Virus record (IMG/VR): IMGVR_UViG_3300042865_001090
DNA from: an uncultured virus (IMG/VR IMGVR_UViG_3300042865_001090)
Taxonomy: Duplodnaviria > Heunggongvirae > Uroviricota > Caudoviricetes
Length of the DNA stretch: 64,000 nucleotides
Strand: one strand, 5' to 3'
Below, in pieces: positions 10,765 through 19,377 of the stretch. The position numbers and the translations under genes are program-made. A model generated the notes under the pieces. It saw nothing but the letters and a program-made list of their open reading frames with translations. It had not been told where the DNA came from and did not search any database. Position 1 is the stretch's first letter; every line of letters starts with the position of its first letter.

Positions 10765-11423
10765 CGCAACTTCACTGTCTTTTGATGACCAACACGAACA
10801 AGTGGGTCAACCCAGATATCAATTCCCATCTGGTGAACCTTTTCGCACCACGACAAGTCTTCTCCCATGAGCGGGAACTTGTACTCATCTTGACCAGTCT
10901 CTGGGTTCTGAACTGTCACATGTGTTGACGAGAACCATGGGCGCGGAAGGCTCTCAAATACGCCAGAAGCAACTGCCAAGAAACCGAATCCAACTCCACG
11001 AGTGGTAAACGGCGCTTTGAGTTTTAAGATGTCATCTCGATGTAGAGGTGGTCCGAGTGGTACTGGGTAAACAGTGACCTCTTCGCTTTCCATCATGTAG
11101 CACCCAGAAATAACTTGCTTGTCTGAATTCAGGAGCCTAAAGAAGTCATCTGGCTCCCACTCAATGTCGGAGTCAATCCAGAACAACTTGTCGTATGTCC
11201 ATTCCCCATTGGCAGGCTTTTGGCATGTCTTGTCATTGAAGGCACTTCCACCCAGCGTGCGCTCTCTGGCGTCAGCGACATGCGAAGAATACTCCGTCAT
11301 GAAGTTCCAGGTGATGTTGTTCTGGTTCATGTAATAGGTGACCTTTAGCAGGCTCCGTACATAAGACGGGGTCATGCTTGAGCCTGGTGTGCAGATAACT
11401 ACATTGAAGTGTGGGATTGTCAT
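10752..11423 (-). CDS. GT-A fold glycosyltransferase-like protein
   Basis: FWIDSD (DxD), GVGFGF, MGEDLSWC, VDP..VGHQK; start reassigned to MTIPH, 7 nt after TAGAAT. Confidence 0.75.
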   Translation of the reverse strand: MTIPHFNVVICTPGSSMTPSYVRSLLKVTYYMNQNNITWNFMTEYSSHVADARERTLGGSAFNDKTCQKPANGEWTYDKLFWIDSDIEWEPDDFFRLLNSDKQVISGCYMMESEEVTVYPVPLGPPLHRDDILKLKAPFTTRGVGFGFLAVASGVFESLPRPWFSSTHVTVQNPETGQDEYKFPLMGEDLSWCEKVHQMGIDIWVDPLVRVGHQKTVKLRWPS

Positions 11424-11485
11424 AAAAGCCATTCTATACAGGATATATTGCAATACGGGCACCGATTTGTGTTACAATTTGGTCT
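11424..11485. promoter_or_regulatory. divergent leaderless promoters
   Basis: TAGAAT-N7-ATG on minus (11431-11436) and TACAAT-N7-ATG on plus (11473-11478); palindrome TATTGCAATA at 11446-11455 between them. Confidence 0.6.
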
Positions 11486-12136
11486 ATGAAACTCCACGGA
11501 ACTTACGCCTTTGATGAGGCTTTCGCAGCAACAATCTCCACAGCCCTGAATGCTTCGTATTCAGACAAGGCATCTGGTCATGGGTACGACAAGGTATTCG
11601 CCCACCTGTTTGAGGGTAAGACTGTGGATAACTTTCTTGAAATTGGTTTATTTTTAAACGAACTTCAGCACACCGACCTCAATGCATGGGCTTCGGTATT
11701 CCCATCTGCGAACATCTACGGAGCAGACAAGAAAGAGTCGCAATTGTTTAATTCTGGGAAAATCAGCACGCATGTTATTGACCAGGAAGTTGCAGCATCA
11801 TTTGATGCCCTAAAGGCAGCCTTCGCTGTTGAATTTGATGTAGTCCTTGACGACGCATCGCACATCTACGCCAATACGGTCACTACATTTGAAGCGCTTT
11901 TCCCAGCGGTTAAGACTGGCGGAATGTATCTGATTGAAGACATTCAAGACGCTGGCGCACACGCTAACGATTGGCAGCAAACGCTTGTCCAACTAGAAGC
12001 GTACATGACCGCAGAAGGACACACATATGAGGTGTTTCAGTCGGCTGTTCCTCGAAAAGTCATGGACCGCGAAACTATGGAACCAACAGAAGAAGATGCG
12101 GTTTCTGATAGTTACATCCTCTGCGTTTATAAGTAA
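11486..12136 (+). CDS. class I SAM-dependent methyltransferase (sugar O-methyltransferase-like)
   Basis: SDK..GHGY, FLEIG, IDQ, FDVVLDDASH, GGMYLIED motifs. Confidence 0.75.
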   Translation: MKLHGTYAFDEAFAATISTALNASYSDKASGHGYDKVFAHLFEGKTVDNFLEIGLFLNELQHTDLNAWASVFPSANIYGADKKESQLFNSGKISTHVIDQEVAASFDALKAAFAVEFDVVLDDASHIYANTVTTFEALFPAVKTGGMYLIEDIQDAGAHANDWQQTLVQLEAYMTAEGHTYEVFQSAVPRKVMDRETMEPTEEDAVSDSYILCVYK

Positions 12137-12204
12137 AAAGAGAGTTTTACTATGTTGCTAATTTTAGGCGCGCGATTCAGTCTAGGTGAACGGAGTACCC
12201 GTTC

Positions 12205-14319
12205 ATGGCTGATAAAAACTTCAAGGTAAAAAACGGACTGAGCATTGGCGACAATGTCGCTACCTATGTCACAAAAGTTACAATTAACTCCAATAGCGAA
12301 ACAACCCTTGACTCCGTTCTGACTGGGACTGTAGAGTCAGTGGACTATTCATTGACCCTGTATCAGGGTGATGGAGCGATATTAAAGAAGTACCTATCAG
12401 TAGAAAACGGCTCTTCTGTTTCGGCACATGAATACGCATCTGGCAGTGTTAACAGAAGTGAATACTCTGGTGCATGGAACTGGACTACTCGCACCTCAAA
12501 CTTTGGCAACACACACATCCGCTCCCTTGCCTACGGAAATAATTTATGGTCCGCTGGTGGGGAGTATGGCCAACTCCGCACATCCACCGACGGCACAACA
12601 TGGACTACACAGACCTCAAACTTTGGCAACGCACCCATTTTGACCCTCGCCTATGGTAATAACCTTTGGGTTGCTGCTGCTACGTCGGGTGGACTCCGCA
12701 CCTCTACCGATGCCGTTACTTGGACTACGAGAACATCAAACTTTGGTGCATCGGGTGTTATTTGGTCAGTTGCAAACGGAAACAGTTTATGGGTTGCTGT
12801 TGGTCGATATGGAAATATCCGCACCTCGACTGATGGAATAACCTGGGTTACACGAACATCGAACTTTTCTAACACTGAAATCTACACCGTAGCCTTCGGA
12901 AACAGCCTTTGGGTCGCTGCTGGAAGTGGTGGCCAACTTCGTTCCTCGACAGATGCAGTAACGTGGACTACAAGAACATCAAACTTTGGTGATACACACA
13001 TTATGTCCGTCGCATACGGCAACAGCCTTTGGGTTGCTGGTGGAGAGGCTGGGCAACTCCGCACATCCACCGACGGTACCACTTGGACCACAAGGACTTC
13101 AAACTTCGATACTGTAGGGCCTTCACGCATCCGCTCAATCGCCTACGGAAACAACCTTTGGGTTGCGGGTGGATACTATGGTGAACTCCGAACCTCTACC
13201 GATGCAATTGCCTGGACCACAAGCAAGACCAACTTTGGAAATACACGAATCCGCGCCGTTGCTTACGGAAATAGCCTTTGGGTCGCTGCTGGGTACTCTG
13301 GTCAAATCCGCACCGCTGTCGATTTGAACCCATCTGCGGCCGTTCCAGCAACAGTGTCAATAAGCCTGCAACAAACCTGGACAACCCGTACCTCAAACTT
13401 TGTTCATAATGTTTTTGGTATACAAAACATCCGTTCGGTTGCCTACGGCAGTAACTTTTGGGTCGCTGTTGGAAATTATGGAACACTTCGTACATCAACT
13501 GATGCTGTTAGTTGGATTACACGTACATCAGGATTTGGCAACACAGCCATTCACTCCGTCGCCTTCGGAAACAATCTTTGGGTTGTTGCTGGCACCAATG
13601 GTCTGCTCCGCACCTCGACCGACGAAACTAGTTGGACCGCCCGCACATCAAACTTTGGTGCCACAACCCATATCAATTCAGTTGCCTTCGGAAATAGTTT
13701 GTGGGTCGCAGGTGGTCAGACTGGCCAACTCCGTACATCCACAGATGCAATAACTTGGACCACTCGAACCTCGAACTTTGGTACTACACATATTAACTCC
13801 GTAGCCTTCGGAAACAGCCTTTGGGTCGCTGCTGGCTACAACGGTGAACTAAGAACTTCAACAGATGCTACAACCTGGACTACTAGAACCTCCAATTTTG
13901 GCACCACGCGCATCCAGTCCGTAGCCTTTGGCAACAGTCTGTGGGTTGCTGGTGGATATAATGGTCAACTGCGAACCTCAACGGATGGAACCACCTGGAC
14001 CACTCGAACTTCAAACTTTGTTTCAACAATCCTCTCAGTCACCTACGGCAACAACCTTTGGGTTGCTGGTGGTCGATATGGAAATATCCGTACCTCCACC
14101 GATGCAATTACCTGGGTTACACAAACATCCAACCTTACAACAACCATCCGCTCCGTCGCCTACGGAAACAGCCTTTGGGTCGCTGCTGGGTACAACGGTC
14201 AAATCCGCACCGAAAACCCAGCAGAAAGAACGCTCAAATTAACGGCAACCGTTACTAGCGCAGGAGTAATTGGTTCTGAAGCAACAGCCATTTTAATTAA
14301 GGAAACTGTTGTGGCATAA
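12205..14319 (+). CDS. putative receptor-binding protein with two 7-bladed propellers
   Basis: MADKNFKVKNGL start; 7 blades, then a VPATVSISL strand, then 7 blades. Confidence 0.75.
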   Translation: MADKNFKVKNGLSIGDNVATYVTKVTINSNSETTLDSVLTGTVESVDYSLTLYQGDGAILKKYLSVENGSSVSAHEYASGSVNRSEYSGAWNWTTRTSNFGNTHIRSLAYGNNLWSAGGEYGQLRTSTDGTTWTTQTSNFGNAPILTLAYGNNLWVAAATSGGLRTSTDAVTWTTRTSNFGASGVIWSVANGNSLWVAVGRYGNIRTSTDGITWVTRTSNFSNTEIYTVAFGNSLWVAAGSGGQLRSSTDAVTWTTRTSNFGDTHIMSVAYGNSLWVAGGEAGQLRTSTDGTTWTTRTSNFDTVGPSRIRSIAYGNNLWVAGGYYGELRTSTDAIAWTTSKTNFGNTRIRAVAYGNSLWVAAGYSGQIRTAVDLNPSAAVPATVSISLQQTWTTRTSNFVHNVFGIQNIRSVAYGSNFWVAVGNYGTLRTSTDAVSWITRTSGFGNTAIHSVAFGNNLWVVAGTNGLLRTSTDETSWTARTSNFGATTHINSVAFGNSLWVAGGQTGQLRTSTDAITWTTRTSNFGTTHINSVAFGNSLWVAAGYNGELRTSTDATTWTTRTSNFGTTRIQSVAFGNSLWVAGGYNGQLRTSTDGTTWTTRTSNFVSTILSVTYGNNLWVAGGRYGNIRTSTDAITWVTQTSNLTTTIRSVAYGNSLWVAAGYNGQIRTENPAERTLKLTATVTSAGVIGSEATAILIKETVVA

Positions 14320-16451
14320 TGGCTGATAAAAACTTTAAAGTAAAAAACGGACTGAGCATTGGCGACAACGTCTCTACATACGTGACCAGTGTTGTAATCA
14401 ACACTGGCGAAGAAACGACACTTGATTCTGTACTGACTGGCACAACGGAGTCTAATGATTATTCATTGACGATTTACCAGGGTGCTGGGGTTATCTCAAA
14501 AAAGATACTTGCAACGGAAAACGGCGCAGGAGCATCAACCCATGAGTATGGCTCGGTTTCTGTAAACAGAAGTGAATACTCTGGTGCATGGAACTGGACT
14601 ACTCGCACCTCAAACTTTGGCATGACAGAAATCGCTGTACTCGCCTACGGTAACAACCTCTGGGTTGCTGGTGGATATGGCGGTCAACTCCGCACCTCTA
14701 CCGATGCTACAACCTGGACGACCAGAACCTCAAACTTTGGTAATACAGTTATTTACACTATTGCGTTCGGCAACAACCTCTGGGTTGCTGGTGGGTATCA
14801 AGGTTTTATTCGAACCTCAACTGATGCAATAACCTGGACGACACGAACATCGAACTTTATTGACGATGGTGGCAATACCGCCTATGCACGAGTACGCTCA
14901 CTGGCTTATGCCAATGGCATATGGGTCGCTGGGGGTTACTACGGTCAACTTCGCACATCGACCGACGGTACCACTTGGACAACAAGAACTTCAAACTTTG
15001 GCAATCAACACATAAAATCCGTTGCCTTTGGCAATAATTTATGGGTTGCTGGTGGAGGTTACTCTCCTGGGCAAATCCGAACCTCCACCGACGGAACCAC
15101 CTGGACAACACAAACTTCAAACTTCGGTTCAGGTTTAGCCATTGATACAGTCGCCTACGGTAATAACTTATGGGTTGCTGGTGGGTATGGTGGAGGAATT
15201 CGAACCTCAACTGATGCAATAACCTGGACGACACGAACATCAAACTTTGGCACTACATTCATCCGCTCCATCTCCTACGGGAATGGTTTGTGGTTCGCAG
15301 TTGGAAGCGCTGGTCAAATCCGTAATTCGACTGACGGAATTACATGGACCACGCGCACCTCAAACTTTGGTGTTACAAACATCAACTCCATTGCTTACGG
15401 TAACAGTCTTTGGGTTTCTGGTGGTATAACTGGCCAAATCCGTACCGCCAGTGAAATTAATACACCAGCGGCCATCCCAGTGACAACCTCAATTGTTCTA
15501 GGGCAAACCTGGACAACCCGCACCTCAAACTTTGGCAATACGTCAATTGAATCCGTGGCCTTCGGAAACAACCTCTGGGTTGCTGGTGGGTACACGGGCC
15601 AAATAAGAACTTCAACCGACGCAGTCACCTGGACAACCAGAACCTCAAACTTTGGGAATACCCAAATCAAATCCGTCGCCTACGGCAACAACCTTTGGGT
15701 TGGTGTTGGTGGTGCTTTTGGGACTTCTGGTGAAATTCGTACATCAACTGATGCCGTCACTTGGACCACAAGAACATCCAACTTTGGAACTACGCGCATC
15801 CAGTCAGTAGCCTACGGGAACAGCCTTTGGGTGGCTGGAGGGGACACTGGTCAACTCCGTACTTCAACTGACGGTACAACCTGGACTACAAGAACATCAA
15901 ACTTTGGTAACAGCGCCATATTCTCCGTCGCTTACGGCAATAACCTCTGGGTCGCTGGCGGAGACAGTGGTCAACTACGCACCTCAACCGACGGTACAAC
16001 TTGGACGACACGAACATCAAACTTTGGCACTACATTCATCCGCTCCATCGCCTATGGCAATAACCTTTGGGTTGCTGGTGGCCATTATGGTCAACTCCGC
16101 ACCTCCACCGACGGAACCACCTGGACAACACAAACTTCAAACTTTGGTGGTACTACTCATATCATCTCCATTGCATACGGAAACAGTTTGTGGGTTGCTG
16201 CTGGTAATACTGGTCAACTTCGTACCTCAACAGACGCAATCACTTGGAACACCACCACTTCAAACTTTACAACAAGTATTCTCTCCGTCGCCTTTGGCAA
16301 CAGCCTTTGGGTTGCTGCTGGACGAACTGGTCAACTCCGCACAGAAAATCCAGCAGAGCGACAACTAAGACTCGCAGCAACCGTTACCAACGGCAATGTG
16401 GCTGGTTCGGAAGCAACAGCGATTCTAAAGAAAAAAACGGTTGTTGCATAA
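14319..16451 (+). CDS. putative receptor-binding protein with two 7-bladed propellers (paralog of 12205..14319)
   Basis: Same architecture; identical aacagaagtgaatactctggtgcatggaactggactactcgcacctcaaactttggca block in both genes. Confidence 0.75.
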   Translation: MADKNFKVKNGLSIGDNVSTYVTSVVINTGEETTLDSVLTGTTESNDYSLTIYQGAGVISKKILATENGAGASTHEYGSVSVNRSEYSGAWNWTTRTSNFGMTEIAVLAYGNNLWVAGGYGGQLRTSTDATTWTTRTSNFGNTVIYTIAFGNNLWVAGGYQGFIRTSTDAITWTTRTSNFIDDGGNTAYARVRSLAYANGIWVAGGYYGQLRTSTDGTTWTTRTSNFGNQHIKSVAFGNNLWVAGGGYSPGQIRTSTDGTTWTTQTSNFGSGLAIDTVAYGNNLWVAGGYGGGIRTSTDAITWTTRTSNFGTTFIRSISYGNGLWFAVGSAGQIRNSTDGITWTTRTSNFGVTNINSIAYGNSLWVSGGITGQIRTASEINTPAAIPVTTSIVLGQTWTTRTSNFGNTSIESVAFGNNLWVAGGYTGQIRTSTDAVTWTTRTSNFGNTQIKSVAYGNNLWVGVGGAFGTSGEIRTSTDAVTWTTRTSNFGTTRIQSVAYGNSLWVAGGDTGQLRTSTDGTTWTTRTSNFGNSAIFSVAYGNNLWVAGGDSGQLRTSTDGTTWTTRTSNFGTTFIRSIAYGNNLWVAGGHYGQLRTSTDGTTWTTQTSNFGGTTHIISIAYGNSLWVAAGNTGQLRTSTDAITWNTTTSNFTTSILSVAFGNSLWVAAGRTGQLRTENPAERQLRLAATVTNGNVAGSEATAILKKKTVVA

Positions 16452-16453
16452 TT

Positions 16454-17110
16454 TTAGTTAAATAAATCGTTGTCAATTCTTCGCTGCAGGCTGTATTGGC
16501 CAGCATCTTTTGCTCCAGGAGAATTAAACTTTTCCTGCCAGTATTTATAGTTTGACTCGTTTGTCGAAATATTGCGGCTAAACAGTTCTTGAGTATCCTG
16601 AATAGTAGTTGCTGCACCATACGCAATGACATTGATGTCTGCGCTTACCGATGAGCCTCTCAATCCGAGCCTGTCCATCCGAGCCTCGTAGTCGTTGTCT
16701 TCATAGTATGCAGGGTGGTAGTTCTCATCAAAGAGTCCAACGGTTTTTACAATGTTTCTACCGATAGAGAAAGAAGACCACGCCTGAGATGTCTTAATAA
16801 GAACATCTGGACTTGATTTATCCGCAAGTTTTTGTAGTTCTCCTGGAGCGTACTTTATGTCGTTTGAAGCAACAACCCAATATGGCGCAAAAGGGAATGA
16901 CTTAATCCCGAGGTTCCACGAGCCAGCAACACCTAGATTCGCTGGCATATTGAGAACAGTTGCCTTGCCGCCGTATAGACCAGAAGGCATCGAGTATTGC
17001 CCGCTGTTATCGATTACAAGCAAATGCTCAACCGCGCAATCAATTGACGAGATGCACTCTTCAAGCAAATCAAACCTATTGAGTACTGGGATTATTACTG
17101 CTGGAATCAC
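16454..17110 (-). CDS. GT2-family glycosyltransferase
   Basis: VIIPVLNR, VIDNS, NLGVAGSWNLG, GLFDENYHPAYYEDND. Confidence 0.85.
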   Translation of the reverse strand: MIPAVIIPVLNRFDLLEECISSIDCAVEHLLVIDNSGQYSMPSGLYGGKATVLNMPANLGVAGSWNLGIKSFPFAPYWVVASNDIKYAPGELQKLADKSSPDVLIKTSQAWSSFSIGRNIVKTVGLFDENYHPAYYEDNDYEARMDRLGLRGSSVSADINVIAYGAATTIQDTQELFSRNISTNESNYKYWQEKFNSPGAKDAGQYSLQRRIDNDLFN

Positions 17111-17829
17111 TTGTAGGACTTCTTCTTCCAGAACTGTAGTTGATATGAGCGGATAATTTTAGACTTTAAGGCAAAGCCATTCTTCTTGTTTGCTTCTTCA
17201 TCAAATTCAACGGTTGAACTTGTCCAGTCATCTCGGCGGAATGGAATCACCTGACAAATCGGTGTTCCCTTTTCCAGAATGACAACATCCTTTTTGGTGT
17301 CAAGAAGCCTAAAAGGAAACTCAACTCCGAGTTTGTAGGAGTCTGTATCAACAACGCCAGACAGTGTCGCAAACGGCAAGTCAAAGTGGTTGAGCGGGTG
17401 TGTGTACAGGCAACTGTACCCAGGAGGAGTGATTACCCTCCAGCCTGGACTCCACTTGAGAATGCTTGGGCTTGCACCAAATGGCATAGGAAGTCCTGGT
17501 GCTTGGTCTGGACCGTGCTGTCCTACAAAGTTGATGTTGGTTGCCCAACGAAGACCAATCATTCCCTTTTCATTCCTGCGCAACTCCATATCAAATGGGA
17601 GAACAAACATGTATCCAGATGTCATTGCATCAAGAAACGGCATGCATCCTTTTAGCGTTAGGTTGCTGACTGCAACTCCGTCTGGGCTTAGTCCTGTTGT
17701 TTTTTCTCCAGGTAGGTGAAGCGGCATATCTCGGTACCATGTCGGAAGGTATTCCGCTGCAGGGCGAGGCTGTTCAAAAAGACTCTGCGCTTCATCTGAT
17801 GTTGGTTCAAACTGGAGTTTCTTGGTCAT
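17107..17829 (-). CDS. conserved phage hypothetical protein (possibly dUTPase-like fold)
   Basis: CMPFLDAMTSGY, TPPGYSCL, SGVVDTD, KGTPICQVIPFRR motifs recognised from aquatic phage accessory genes; function unknown. Confidence 0.5.
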   Translation of the reverse strand: MTKKLQFEPTSDEAQSLFEQPRPAAEYLPTWYRDMPLHLPGEKTTGLSPDGVAVSNLTLKGCMPFLDAMTSGYMFVLPFDMELRRNEKGMIGLRWATNINFVGQHGPDQAPGLPMPFGASPSILKWSPGWRVITPPGYSCLYTHPLNHFDLPFATLSGVVDTDSYKLGVEFPFRLLDTKKDVVILEKGTPICQVIPFRRDDWTSSTVEFDEEANKKNGFALKSKIIRSYQLQFWKKKSYK

Positions 17830-18479
17830 GGCTTTATTACAACTTTCTTATGGTGAGACACATTTACGGTTGGGTCAATATAAATAGAAAAGCCACACTC
17901 TCTGGCAGATATGCACCAAGAGAAGTCTTCTCCGTATGGAACAAACATATCCTTGCCAGTCTGTTCGTCAACAACCTTTTCAAACTTTTCAACAAACCAC
18001 GGCCTTGGCATATCCTCAAATACGCCCTGCTTCACACATACAAACCCAAAGCCAACAGCGCCGACTTCTACTGGGTCAAACGTATTCAGCAGTTTTTTGG
18101 GGTCTGAACTCTTGTCCAGCGCCGCGAACATATGTACGCCCCTATCGCTTAGATATACGCCAGACACAATATTCTTGTCAGATTCATACAGCGCTAGAAA
18201 GTCTGATGGAGTCCAAGAGATGTCTGAATCTATCCAGAAAATCTTTCCGTACTCAACTTCTCCACGGAGCGGAGCGCGGTTAAATGCATCAAGGTAATCG
18301 GAATCCATTGTTGTTGCTTCACGGGCAGACGCAACTCTTGGAGAGTACCTATTTGAGAATTTCCAAGTAATGCCCTTTTGTTCTAGAACATGGATTGTCT
18401 CAACAAGACTCCGCACATAGGCCGCTTCCATTGAGCGACCTGGAGTAGCAATAACTACATCAACTTTATTAGATTCCAC
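17826..18479 (-). CDS. GT-A fold glycosyltransferase-like protein (paralog of 10752..11423)
   Basis: IATPG.SM..YVRSL, FWIDSD, VGFGF, GEDFSWC; GTG start after GGAG. Confidence 0.75.
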   Translation of the reverse strand: MESNKVDVVIATPGRSMEAAYVRSLVETIHVLEQKGITWKFSNRYSPRVASAREATTMDSDYLDAFNRAPLRGEVEYGKIFWIDSDISWTPSDFLALYESDKNIVSGVYLSDRGVHMFAALDKSSDPKKLLNTFDPVEVGAVGFGFVCVKQGVFEDMPRPWFVEKFEKVVDEQTGKDMFVPYGEDFSWCISARECGFSIYIDPTVNVSHHKKVVIKP

Positions 18480-19350
18480 GGTTTCTCCAGAATTCCATAT
18501 TTGCATATTGGAATATTACCGATTGAGGTAAAACCTTTGCGATGTCTACATTGCTGCGAGAAATATTCTGACCGACATCATGCATTCCCTTGAGGCCATA
18601 GATGGCGTCATTTTCATGAAACTTATTATGGATTGAAGAAAGGTCATGCTCAAACCTATCCATCTCCAGGAAGTCATAAATCCCATTCATCACTTCTTCT
18701 GTGTTGGATACCAGACTGTCGTACTCAACGAAATGGAAGAACCTTCTGTTCTCTGGCTGACAGGCAAACATCACGCCATAAAGAGCGTTGTCGATTGGTC
18801 CCTGTGGGCGCATCAGGCTTGAACAGCGCACCTCGTCTGGGTGCTTGTAGAAATGAGCGCTTTTGTGCGCTTCAATTTCTTTGTCAATAAAAGAAACTCT
18901 GCCCTCATTCTCATGGACAAGATTAATGAAGGATGCAAGTATCTCGACTATTGACCTAACCGTCACGATGATTCGTGGCTCGTATGGCATGTTCCTCTGA
19001 AGGAGTTCAAAGTTCTGAGGCATTGCCCATTCACGATTTTTGTCTATGACGAGTTTGCAGTCGGTGTCTGCGTAGAATGCTTCAAGCACACCTCGCACCA
19101 CGCCTGGCAGGACATCTGGTTTCGGATACGCGGTCCACGGCTCGCTGACAATGATGCTTTGTTCCAAGTGCCACATCATTCCGCAAATGGGTGAATTAGG
19201 ACCAGAGTGAACCTCTGGGTTTTGATTAAGGAGCGACCCTAGTAGGGTGCTTCCAGAGCGTGGCAATCCAGATAGAAATGCATACCGTTTTCCGGCTGTA
19301 TTTTGTTTTTGGATGGGATTTGGTGTGCTTCCAGATACGATTATTTCCAT
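18469..19350 (-). CDS. PAPS-dependent sulfotransferase
   Basis: 5'-PSB motif GLPRSGSTLL, IDKNR, VR...LAS, VEYDSLV; leaderless TATACT-N7-ATG. Confidence 0.85.
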   Translation of the reverse strand: MEIIVSGSTPNPIQKQNTAGKRYAFLSGLPRSGSTLLGSLLNQNPEVHSGPNSPICGMMWHLEQSIIVSEPWTAYPKPDVLPGVVRGVLEAFYADTDCKLVIDKNREWAMPQNFELLQRNMPYEPRIIVTVRSIVEILASFINLVHENEGRVSFIDKEIEAHKSAHFYKHPDEVRCSSLMRPQGPIDNALYGVMFACQPENRRFFHFVEYDSLVSNTEEVMNGIYDFLEMDRFEHDLSSIHNKFHENDAIYGLKGMHDVGQNISRSNVDIAKVLPQSVIFQYANMEFWRNRGI

Positions 19351-19377
19351 GCCTGGTAGTATAGTCGCATTACGCTT

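Larger units (their letters stand above)
4981..16350 (+). repeat. 56 beta-propeller blade repeats (~120 nt / 40 aa) in 8 seven-blade sets across six genes
   Basis: Consensus TWTTRTSNFGNTxIxSVAYGNNLWVAGGxxGQLRTSTD(A/G), containing an Asp-box/BNR-like SxDxxTW; counted 7+7+7+7+14+14. Confidence 0.9.

Noticed and set aside
4981..16350. CRISPR-like array of ~120-nt periodic repeats
   Set aside because: The repeats are in-frame coding units with synonymous variation, not identical repeats with unique spacers
1093..16451. Diversity-generating retroelement (Mtd-like N-terminus plus variable repeats)
   Set aside because: No reverse transcriptase or non-coding template repeat in the window; variation includes indels and does not appear limited to adenines
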